Positions 38,254 through 45,761 of a stretch of 53,966 nt of DNA are shown here, piece after piece. A program made the translations under genes and the position numbers. The DNA is from an uncultured virus (IMG/VR IMGVR_UViG_3300042466_000764) (taxonomy: Duplodnaviria; Heunggongvirae; Uroviricota; Caudoviricetes): the IMG/VR virus record IMGVR_UViG_3300042466_000764. One strand, 5' to 3'. The stretch's first letter is position 1. Each line of letters opens with the position of its first letter. Under the pieces are notes generated by a model that saw nothing but the letters and a program-made list of their open reading frames with translations, made no database searches and was not told the DNA's origin.

Positions 38254-40027
38254 TGATTTTTTAGAAGTATTAAAAGATAATCCATTTGAAGAAATTCCAG
38301 TAGACGCTAAAACATTTATTGAGCACGAAGACTATTTGGGACAACCTGCACTATCTAAAATTCAGTATGACATAGTTGAGGCTATGAGTCAAATTTATAG
38401 AAAAGAAGATTTGATAGATTTGTTGGGTGAAAAAGAAGGTACAGAATATTATAATAAGTATACTAAAAATGAAATCATTCTTCAGTTAGGTAAGGGTAGT
38501 GGTAAGGATTTTACTTCTACAGTTGCTTGTTCTTATATTGTTTATAAGTTACTTTGTTTAAAAGATCCCGCTAAATATTTTGGTAAACCATCAGGAGATG
38601 CTATTGATTTAATTAACGTTGCTATTAACGCACAACAGGCTAAGAACGTTTTCTTTAAAGGTTTTAAAACTAAGATTGAAAAGTCTCCATGGTTTATAGG
38701 AAAGTTTTATGCAAAGGCAGATAGCGTAGAGTTTAATAAATCTATTACAGTTTATTCTGGACATTCAGAAAGAGAATCACATGAGGGTTTAAACCTTTTG
38801 CTTGCAGTGCTTGATGAGATTTCTGGTTTTGTTTCTGAAGTTGGCACAGGAAATGAACAAGGTAAGACTGCAGAAAATATTTATAAAGCATTTCGCGGCT
38901 CAGTAGATTCTCGTTTTCCAGATTTAGGGAAAGTTGTATTGTTATCTTTTCCAAGGTATGTAGGAGATTTTATATCTCAAAGATATGATGATGTTGTTTT
39001 AGAAAAAGATGTTATTGAAAAAAATCATAAGTTTATTTTAAATCCAGCATTACCAGAAGATGAAGTAGGAAACACATTTGAGATTTCGTGGGAAGAAGAT
39101 GAAATTGTTTCATATAAGTATCCTGGAGTATTTGCATTAAAAAGACCAACATGGGAAGTTAACCCAACTAGAAAGATTGATGACTTTAAGTTAGCCTTCT
39201 ATACAGATCTTGGGGATGCAATGATGCGTTTTGCATGCGTTCCAACCTATTCATCAGATGCGTTTTTCAAGCAGGCAGAAAAAGTTAGAGCCTGTATGAC
39301 TGGTAGAAACCCTATAGATAATTTTAAAAGATTTGATGAAGCCTTTAAACCTGATCCAGATAAGACCTATTATGTTCACGCTGACTTGGCACAAAAGCAT
39401 GACAAGTGTGCTGTAGCCATTGCTCACGTAGAAAAGTGGGTTAACGTTCAAGTAATCAAAGATTACGAACAGGTTGCTCCTATTGTTGTTGTGGATGCAG
39501 TGGTTTGGTGGGAACCTAAAGTAGAAGGTCCAGTAAACCTATCAGAAGTAAAGCAATGGATTCAAAACTTAAGAAGAACTGGTTTTAATATAGGTTTGGT
39601 AACATTTGATCGTTGGCAATCATTTGATATTCAAAATGAACTAAAGGCAGTTGGAATGAGAACGGATACTGTTTCAGTTGCTAAAAAGCATTATGAAGAT
39701 ATGGCAATGCTTATTTATGAAGAAAGATTAGTAATGCCTTCAATTGAATTATTGTTTGAAGAGTTAACTGAGTTAAAAATTATGAAGAATGATAGAGTTG
39801 ATCATCCTCGTAAAAAGTCTAAAGACTTAGCGGACGCAGTTTGTGGTGCTGTATTTGGTTCAATTGCTAACACTCCAAAAGATATTGATTTAGAAGTTGA
39901 AGTTCATACTTTTGCAGATAGACCTAAATCAGATAGATCAAAAGAACTGTTTGTTAACAACAATGTGATTAGACCAGAACCACCAAAAGAAGCACTTGAA
40001 TACCTAGATCAGTTTAAACTAATCTAA
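38243..40027 (+). CDS. terL: Terminase large subunit
   Basis: Walker A GKGSGKD, Walker B AVLDE, LLSFP; nuclease motifs HADLA, TFDRWQS, DHP...KDLADA. Confidence 0.92.
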   Translation: MMFDDFLEVLKDNPFEEIPVDAKTFIEHEDYLGQPALSKIQYDIVEAMSQIYRKEDLIDLLGEKEGTEYYNKYTKNEIILQLGKGSGKDFTSTVACSYIVYKLLCLKDPAKYFGKPSGDAIDLINVAINAQQAKNVFFKGFKTKIEKSPWFIGKFYAKADSVEFNKSITVYSGHSERESHEGLNLLLAVLDEISGFVSEVGTGNEQGKTAENIYKAFRGSVDSRFPDLGKVVLLSFPRYVGDFISQRYDDVVLEKDVIEKNHKFILNPALPEDEVGNTFEISWEEDEIVSYKYPGVFALKRPTWEVNPTRKIDDFKLAFYTDLGDAMMRFACVPTYSSDAFFKQAEKVRACMTGRNPIDNFKRFDEAFKPDPDKTYYVHADLAQKHDKCAVAIAHVEKWVNVQVIKDYEQVAPIVVVDAVVWWEPKVEGPVNLSEVKQWIQNLRRTGFNIGLVTFDRWQSFDIQNELKAVGMRTDTVSVAKKHYEDMAMLIYEERLVMPSIELLFEELTELKIMKNDRVDHPRKKSKDLADAVCGAVFGSIANTPKDIDLEVEVHTFADRPKSDRSKELFVNNNVIRPEPPKEALEYLDQFKLI

Positions 40028-40032
40028 TAAAA

Positions 40033-40041
40033 TGTTATAAT
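40033..40041 (+). promoter_or_regulatory. Extended -10 (TGTTATAAT)
   Basis: After the terL stop and upstream of SD GGAGGT (40058-40063). Confidence 0.6.
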
Positions 40042-40072
40042 AGTACTATCTCACATTGGAGGTAGTTATTAA

Positions 40073-41596
40073 ATTAATAACTTTAGGACTCTTCGCAGAG
40101 CATTCTTTGTCTTTATAGTATCCTGCATACTATTACTTTCTTGTATTCCATTAGTTAAATCAATTGCTAATCCTCCAACCTATTACCCATCTGGACCACA
40201 ACAAAATGTTGATAAATCTGTAGTTGAATCTGGTGGATGGGCTCTGTGTTGGTCTGGAACTTATGGAGGTACTGATTTATTATCAAATATAACCACTGCT
40301 TGTGATCAAGACTATATTCTATATGCTGGTGGATTAACCAATAACTCAAACTTAATGCTTCTTGCTGCTGGTAAAAGAGAAATGGTATTTACCATTCAAC
40401 CAAACATGTCTAATCAAACTCTATTAGAAAACGGTTCCTATTGGTATTTTAATACAGGCTATGGCTCTATGGGGTTTGCTCCAAATAGTACTATCCAACA
40501 AACTTCTGCAGATACTTATGCTGCATGGGGTGGAAATTTAGATGATGGCTCACTTCGTTTATCTTGGCATACTGGTCATTGTGGAGATGGACAGATTTGT
40601 GGTGGATGGAGAGTAGGAACTGTAGTTGGATTAAATAGTTCAAATGAATATACAAGATATATCTATGAGTCAACTGGTGGTGCTACACCAAGCCCTACCC
40701 CAACACCTACCGAAACACCTACAGAAACTCCAAGTCCTACACCAACACCTACAGAAACACCTACAGAAAGCCCTAGCCCTACTCCTACGCCTACAGAAAC
40801 ACCTAGTCCTGATCCAACTCCAAGTCCAACTCCTGATCCAGTTCAACCAGACCCAAACCCTCAGCCAACATTCGAACCAGAGCCAGTAGTGATAGAGGAA
40901 CCAGAACCAATAGTGATAGAAGAGTTACAACCAGAACCTGTAATCGAACCTTCACTTGAACCAACTCCTATAGAAGAAATTATACCAGTAGAAGAAGAAA
41001 TTAACAATGCTATTGATGAACTAATAGTTAATGAAGAAGAAATTTCAGATGAACAATTGCAAGACATTACAGACTTATTGTTGGATAACTATGAAGTTGA
41101 TGAAGCAATGCCTATTACTGAATTATTAGAAGAGTTAAACGATGAGCAGGTGTTAGAACTTTTAGAACAGTTAGATGAGAATCAAATAATTGAATACCGT
41201 GAAGGTGTTGAGATAGAGGCAGGTGTTGCAGTTATTTTTGAACAACTGTCTGACCCTACAGCCTTAATAGGAGAGTTATTTTCAGACCCAAGTCAAACAT
41301 TTGAAGCACTTGGACAATTGGGTGCTGATATGACAGAAGAAGAAAGAGAAGACTCAGAAGATGTAGTTATTGCATCAGTTATTGCTGTTCAAGCAGTAGG
41401 TGCAGCAATGGCAGCAATACCACCAACCTCAAGTGCACCAACTGGTAGTACATCTGGTCCATCAGGATCTGGTGGAAGTAGTGGTGGGGGAGACGCTGGC
41501 GGCGGTGGCGAAGGCAGCGACAGCAAAAAGAAAAAACTTAAGGTAAAGCGTAAGCCTAAACTTAAGAATCGTAGAAATACAAGGAGGATAAAATGA
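40073..41596 (+). CDS. Secreted, membrane-anchored protein with Pro/Thr stalk (probable ATT start)
   Basis: Frame open from 40073 (preceded by TAA) encoding signal peptide-like NNFRTLRRAFFVFIVSCILLLSCIPLVKSIA, a Trp/Cys globular domain, PT repeats, an acidic region, a hydrophobic segment and a basic tail; the ORF track starts it at ATG 40355. Confidence 0.72.
   Translation: MNNFRTLRRAFFVFIVSCILLLSCIPLVKSIANPPTYYPSGPQQNVDKSVVESGGWALCWSGTYGGTDLLSNITTACDQDYILYAGGLTNNSNLMLLAAGKREMVFTIQPNMSNQTLLENGSYWYFNTGYGSMGFAPNSTIQQTSADTYAAWGGNLDDGSLRLSWHTGHCGDGQICGGWRVGTVVGLNSSNEYTRYIYESTGGATPSPTPTPTETPTETPSPTPTPTETPTESPSPTPTPTETPSPDPTPSPTPDPVQPDPNPQPTFEPEPVVIEEPEPIVIEELQPEPVIEPSLEPTPIEEIIPVEEEINNAIDELIVNEEEISDEQLQDITDLLLDNYEVDEAMPITELLEELNDEQVLELLEQLDENQIIEYREGVEIEAGVAVIFEQLSDPTALIGELFSDPSQTFEALGQLGADMTEEEREDSEDVVIASVIAVQAVGAAMAAIPPTSSAPTGSTSGPSGSGGSSGGGDAGGGGEGSDSKKKKLKVKRKPKLKNRRNTRRIK
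40684..40860 (+). repeat. Pro/Thr-rich tandem coding repeat (TPSPTPTPTETPTE x3)
   Basis: Degenerate 14-aa units visible in both DNA and protein. Confidence 0.8.
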
Positions 41597-42075
41597 TAAA
41601 AGCAATATTAAAACCTTTTAAATTTATCTTCAAAGCAGTTAAGTTCGTAGTTATGTTACCTATAAACCTAGTTAAGTTTATTCTGATCAAGGTTTGGGCG
41701 GTAGTTAATTATGTTCTTAATCTTGTTTGGAAGATCATAAAAGGTATATATAAAGCAGTAGTAGCGGTAGTCAAAGAAGGTATTGAATTTGTTACCTGGA
41801 TTATCACAAGTATATACAATGCAATTAAATGGGTATTTGTTAGTACCTGGAAATTAATTGTATGGATGTTTCAAAAAGTATGGAAAGCAGTTAAGTTTGT
41901 ATGGGCATGGCTAGTAGAAGCATTTGTAGAAACATTAAATCAATTGTGGACATTACTAGGTATGTTCGCAGCATGGCTAGTGCTTGAAGGATCTGCAAAG
42001 ATCACTGTTGGTTATGCAATCATCATAGTTCTTGTTGTCTGGTTAGTGACAATAAGAGTTAGAGGGGAGGAATAA
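41593..42075 (+). CDS. Membrane protein with ~11-residue amphipathic repeats
   Basis: Periodic aromatic/Lys helix (W..V..V...VWK) and two C-terminal TM segments. Confidence 0.7.
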   Translation: MIKAILKPFKFIFKAVKFVVMLPINLVKFILIKVWAVVNYVLNLVWKIIKGIYKAVVAVVKEGIEFVTWIITSIYNAIKWVFVSTWKLIVWMFQKVWKAVKFVWAWLVEAFVETLNQLWTLLGMFAAWLVLEGSAKITVGYAIIIVLVVWLVTIRVRGEE

Positions 42076-42076
42076 C

Positions 42077-42361
42077 ATGGCAAAAGAAACAAAATTAGAT
42101 GACGAAAAGGCAATGGGAGCAATAAGCGGTATTAAAAATATTCTACTTAGAATAATCGCTGTATTTGCAGCCAATGGACTTGGGGTTATTGGTGCTGGTG
42201 CAATTATCGGTATCGATACTGTGAGTGCAATAATTCTTGCAGGAACTCTAGGAGTTGCCACAGTAGTTGAAAAACTAGCACGAGGATTTATCGATGATGG
42301 AAGACTAAGCATCGAAGAAATCAATAGTGCATTTAACTCAGTAGACAAGAAATCTAAGTAG
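42077..42361 (+). CDS. Small membrane protein (holin-like)
   Basis: 94 aa with two hydrophobic helices and a charged C-terminus (DDGRLSIEEINSAF). Confidence 0.55.
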   Translation: MAKETKLDDEKAMGAISGIKNILLRIIAVFAANGLGVIGAGAIIGIDTVSAIILAGTLGVATVVEKLARGFIDDGRLSIEEINSAFNSVDKKSK

Positions 42362-42365
42362 GTAT

Positions 42366-42394
42366 TTGACACCCTCCCTGGGTAATGGTATACT
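42366..42394 (+). promoter_or_regulatory. Consensus sigma70/HrdB promoter TTGACA-17-TATACT
   Basis: TTGACA 42366-42371, TGG then TATACT 42389-42394. Confidence 0.8.
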
Positions 42395-42424
42395 TGAAAT
42401 AACCATATCTAGAGAGGGTTTCAT

Positions 42425-42946
42425 TTGACCTGCATTGCAGTAGTTAGACAAGAAAATAAGATTTATATGGCTGGTGACAGAGGTGCATCAGATGAAAACA
42501 GCATGCTTACTTTAAAAGCACCTAAAGTTTGGAAGACTGGTCAATATCTAATAGGATATGCTGGCACCATGGATGGTGAAAGAATAAGGTTAAACTTTAA
42601 ACCACCTGTACCAGAAGGTAACATAGATAAGTTTATGTATACAAAATTTTTAATATCACTAAGAGATTTCTATGACAAATGGTGGGTTGACGTTTCTAAA
42701 GACTCAGACTTTGGAATGATAATTTGTGTTAAAGGTAGAATGTTTGAACACAGTGCTTTAGATATGTCACTAACAGAATATGATTTAGATTATTTAGCAA
42801 TGGGCTCAGCATCAGAGTTTGCATTAGGATCACTTTACTCTACTCAAAAACAAAAGAATGGAAGAAACAGAGTTATTCAAGCAGTAGGTGCTGCTATTAA
42901 TTTTTCAACATCTTGCACTGGTCCTATTGACACGGTAAGCATCTAG
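42425..42946 (+). CDS. Ntn-hydrolase (HslV/proteasome beta-like) peptidase
   Basis: N-terminal (M)TCIA...MAGD, PKV, IGYAG, AMGSASEFALGSL; Thr nucleophile at position 2; TTG start. Confidence 0.75.
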   Translation: MTCIAVVRQENKIYMAGDRGASDENSMLTLKAPKVWKTGQYLIGYAGTMDGERIRLNFKPPVPEGNIDKFMYTKFLISLRDFYDKWWVDVSKDSDFGMIICVKGRMFEHSALDMSLTEYDLDYLAMGSASEFALGSLYSTQKQKNGRNRVIQAVGAAINFSTSCTGPIDTVSI

Positions 42947-42955
42947 GTCTATACT
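42927..42955 (+). promoter_or_regulatory. Consensus promoter TTGACA-17-TATACT, leaderless
   Basis: TTGACA 42927-42932, TATACT 42950-42955, ATG 6 nt later. Confidence 0.8.
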
Positions 42956-42961
42956 AGATAT

Positions 42962-43138
42962 ATGAATACAGAATTTGAGATTTGGCTGTTACAAGGCATT
43001 GACAAAGGCTGGATAACTGAGCCATTTTGTAGTACTCATGATGGTGGTTTTCAATACATGAGCGAAGAAGAGCAAGAAGAGTGGGACCAAGGCGGCGACC
43101 CATGTTGTTATGTAATTAGATTAATGGAGTTATCTTAA
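42962..43138 (+). CDS. Small acidic Cys/His protein, 58 aa (absent from ORF track)
   Basis: MNTEFEIWLLQGIDKGWITEPFCSTHDGG...GGDPCCYVIRLMELS*; fills the gap exactly, follows the promoter, and its stop overlaps the next ATG. Confidence 0.8.
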   Translation: MNTEFEIWLLQGIDKGWITEPFCSTHDGGFQYMSEEEQEEWDQGGDPCCYVIRLMELS

Positions 43139-44058
43139 TGAAAAAAATGTTTATTGTTTTATCTGTTTTATTTTCAGTACTAGCAGTTCCAGCAAATGCA
43201 GTTGAGAGTCCAACACCAGTTGTTGTTCCAACACCAGTTGTTACACCAACTCCAACACCTATAGTTGAGAGTCCAACACCAGTTGTTGTTCCAACACCAG
43301 TTGTTACACCAACACCAGTTGTTACACCAACTCCAACACCAGCAGTTAATACTAAACCAATTATAATTATTGATAGTTACTTTGATACAAGAGTTGCTAA
43401 CACAACTATTGTTTGTATTGCAACAGATAAGTGTGTAAATACACCAAAACCTTCAAAAAGAGTTTCTGATCCAGTAAATCATGGTATGGCTATGGTTGAA
43501 GTTGCTCGTAGAAATAATCCAGATGTTCCACTTATATTAGTTAGATCTGCAACAGTATCAAACAAAGGTGCAGTTGGAATATTAAATGGTAATGATTTTC
43601 TTGCAGCATTAAAATGGGTAGATGCTAATTCATCAAATGTATCTGCTGTGTCATTTTCTTACGGATTAAGTGGAAATATGAAAAAGCCAGGCGATTGTAA
43701 ACTTTCTCCAACTGGATTAGTTAATGTTAAAATTGTTGATCCAGCAATTAGAGCAACAGTTGCCAGTTTAAAAAATAAAGGTATTCCAGTATTTGTTTCT
43801 ACAGGTAATGATTCAAACAGAAAACCAGTAGCATATCCAGCATGTATCACTGATACAGTTTCTGTTTCTACATTTCCAGTAGGAAATCATGATCAAAATA
43901 CAGATTATTTTGGAGTATTACCAACAGGTAAGTTTAATTATGGCTCAGTGCTGTTTGGTTTAATTCCTCAAACAACATCTTCTGCAAATGTTGCTGTTGC
44001 AACACAATGGCAAAAAGGTCTGATCGTTACTGATAAAATAGTAAAAGTTACAGAATAA
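43138..44058 (+). CDS. Secreted subtilisin-like (S8) peptidase with Pro/Thr/Val linker
   Basis: Signal peptide; IIIDS (Asp), NHGMAM (His), STGND (oxyanion Asn), YPAC, QTTSSA (Ser region). Confidence 0.75.
   Translation: MKKMFIVLSVLFSVLAVPANAVESPTPVVVPTPVVTPTPTPIVESPTPVVVPTPVVTPTPVVTPTPTPAVNTKPIIIIDSYFDTRVANTTIVCIATDKCVNTPKPSKRVSDPVNHGMAMVEVARRNNPDVPLILVRSATVSNKGAVGILNGNDFLAALKWVDANSSNVSAVSFSYGLSGNMKKPGDCKLSPTGLVNVKIVDPAIRATVASLKNKGIPVFVSTGNDSNRKPVAYPACITDTVSVSTFPVGNHDQNTDYFGVLPTGKFNYGSVLFGLIPQTTSSANVAVATQWQKGLIVTDKIVKVTE
43201..43341 (+). repeat. Near-perfect ~60-bp direct repeat with nested 18-bp duplication
   Basis: GTTGAGAGTCCAACACCAGTTGTTGTTCCAACACCAGTTGTTACACCAAC occurs at 43201 and 43264. 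Confidence 0.9.
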
Positions 44059-44078
44059 GTAGATGGAGTTATAATAAA

Positions 44079-45503
44079 ATGAAAAAAATAATTATTGCTT
44101 TGTCTTTAGTGTTATCTAGCATTTCAGTTCCAACTTCTGCCTTAACTCAAATTCCAACTGATGCTCGTGTGGGCGATAGATGTGAAAAAGATCCAAAGGT
44201 TCCTGCTGCTTGGAAGAAATATCAAGACTTCACCTGGAACTATCCAGCCTGTCCAATTCCTTATAGATATGTCAGTGGGAAATTAACTTCTAAAACTCCT
44301 AAAACTGCTCAAAGTGATAGAGCAGAATTACTTGGTGCTGATCAATGCATGATCGCTAATTATTGGGGTTCGCAAAGAGGAAAACAGGCACGAGGTGAAA
44401 TTTTAGGTCCTAATTACACTTTGCAATTTGTTCCATTCCAAACACCTGACTACAAAGTTAAATCCAATCCTCAAAAAGACTACAAAGACTGGATTAAAGC
44501 AATGGAAGATGTGATGAATAAGCAAAGTGATCTTCCATTTAATTTCAAGATTATTGTGCCAGATAAATATTTCATGATTCCAAATACTTTAAAATCATAT
44601 GATGTTGGAGATCATTGGCTCTCAACTGGATCTACTTCTGGCCAGAATACGCACCCTGATGAAGCAATTCCAAATTACTTGAGATTGGTTCAAGATGTTG
44701 TTGCGGTTGCAGATCCTGCTATCGATTTTTCTAAGTCAAACCATATGTGGGTTGTAGGGCCTCCTAACACCAAAAGAAAAGACTTAATGAATTTTAATCT
44801 TTTTGATTCCACTATCCAGACACAAGAAAAACTTGTGAGACGACTTTATGTAACAGATCATCCATACAATTTTGATGTTGGAAGTCGTGAACAAAATAAA
44901 AAGAAATATGGAAACTGGGTAGCAAATTACAAATTTAATGGCTCAGGGGCATTAGGTCAAATGCACGAATGGGGACATTCTTCTGGCACGTTTACTACTT
45001 TCAATCAGGTATTTGGCCAACCAAATGAATCAATGAAGTGGTCAATCATGTTTGAGAAAGATAGCGACTGGTTGGCATTACACAAATGGATTCTACAAAT
45101 GATTAGTGAAGATCAAGTTAGATGTGCCCCGAAAGACAAAGTGACTACTCATTGGCTAAAACCATCAACTATTAAAGGTGGTTATGAGAAATTACTGATG
45201 GTGCCACTTTCAGGTTCAGATTATATAGCCGTTGAATCAGTAAGGCCCTACGGTTACAGTTACAAGATTCCAAAGTGTCAACAAGGAGCACTTGTTTACG
45301 TTGCTTCAAGATATGGTCAAGGCTGGAATGAAAAAACTATTCACGTTCCTTCCACTACGCCAAAGAAGAAATGTCCTGGACAAAGTATTTCTGAAAAGGG
45401 AGCACTTATAAAAGGCGACAGCGTTAGTTATGGTGGTGTCAAGATAACTGTTGTTGAAGCAGGAGACTTTGGAGATGTAATAAAAATAGAACCAGGTAAT
45501 TAA
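44079..45503 (+). CDS. Secreted zincin metalloprotease (M6-like)
   Basis: Signal peptide; ADPAIDFS; HEWGH (HExxH); WSIM (Met-turn-like); LHKWIL; AVESVR; GALVY. Confidence 0.72.
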   Translation: MKKIIIALSLVLSSISVPTSALTQIPTDARVGDRCEKDPKVPAAWKKYQDFTWNYPACPIPYRYVSGKLTSKTPKTAQSDRAELLGADQCMIANYWGSQRGKQARGEILGPNYTLQFVPFQTPDYKVKSNPQKDYKDWIKAMEDVMNKQSDLPFNFKIIVPDKYFMIPNTLKSYDVGDHWLSTGSTSGQNTHPDEAIPNYLRLVQDVVAVADPAIDFSKSNHMWVVGPPNTKRKDLMNFNLFDSTIQTQEKLVRRLYVTDHPYNFDVGSREQNKKKYGNWVANYKFNGSGALGQMHEWGHSSGTFTTFNQVFGQPNESMKWSIMFEKDSDWLALHKWILQMISEDQVRCAPKDKVTTHWLKPSTIKGGYEKLLMVPLSGSDYIAVESVRPYGYSYKIPKCQQGALVYVASRYGQGWNEKTIHVPSTTPKKKCPGQSISEKGALIKGDSVSYGGVKITVVEAGDFGDVIKIEPGN

Positions 45504-45509
45504 AAACAA

Positions 45510-45585
45510 TGGCGTGTAACTCAGTTGGCAGAGTGCGAAACTGTTAATTTCGAAGTCGTAGGATCGAGACCTACCACGCCAGCCA
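45510..45585 (+). tRNA. tRNA-Asn(GTT)
   Basis: Acceptor stem TGGCGTG/CACGCCA; anticodon arm CGAAA-CTGTTAA-TTTCG; encoded CCA; T-loop ATCGAGA. Confidence 0.88.
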
Positions 45586-45587
45586 AA

Positions 45588-45661
45588 GGGAGTATAGCCA
45601 AGTAGGTTAAGGCACCGAACTCATAATTCGGCTATCACAGGTTCAAGTCCTGTTACTCCCA
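45588..45661 (+). tRNA. tRNA with CAT anticodon (Ile2/lysidine or elongator Met)
   Basis: Acceptor stem GGGAGTA/TACTCCC; anticodon arm CCGAA-CTCATAA-TTCGG; T-arm ACAGG-TTCAAGT-CCTGT; G1-C72 paired, so not an initiator. Confidence 0.88.
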
Positions 45662-45662
45662 C

Positions 45663-45734
45663 GCCTCGATAGCACAGTGGCAGTGCGTCCGCCTTGTAAG
45701 CGGAAGGTCCTCAGTTCAATCCTGAGTCGAGGCT
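45663..45734 (+). tRNA. tRNA-Thr(TGT)
   Basis: Acceptor stem GCCTCGA/TCGAGGC; anticodon arm TCCGC-CTTGTAA-GCGGA; T-arm CTCAG-TTCAATC-CTGAG. Confidence 0.9.
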
Positions 45735-45761
45735 CGCAACACTAACAGAATAGGAAAGCAA

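Noticed and set aside
43201..43341. Direct repeats as a CRISPR array or DGR repeat
   Set aside because: They are in-frame coding repeats without unique spacers, and there is no reverse transcriptase in the window
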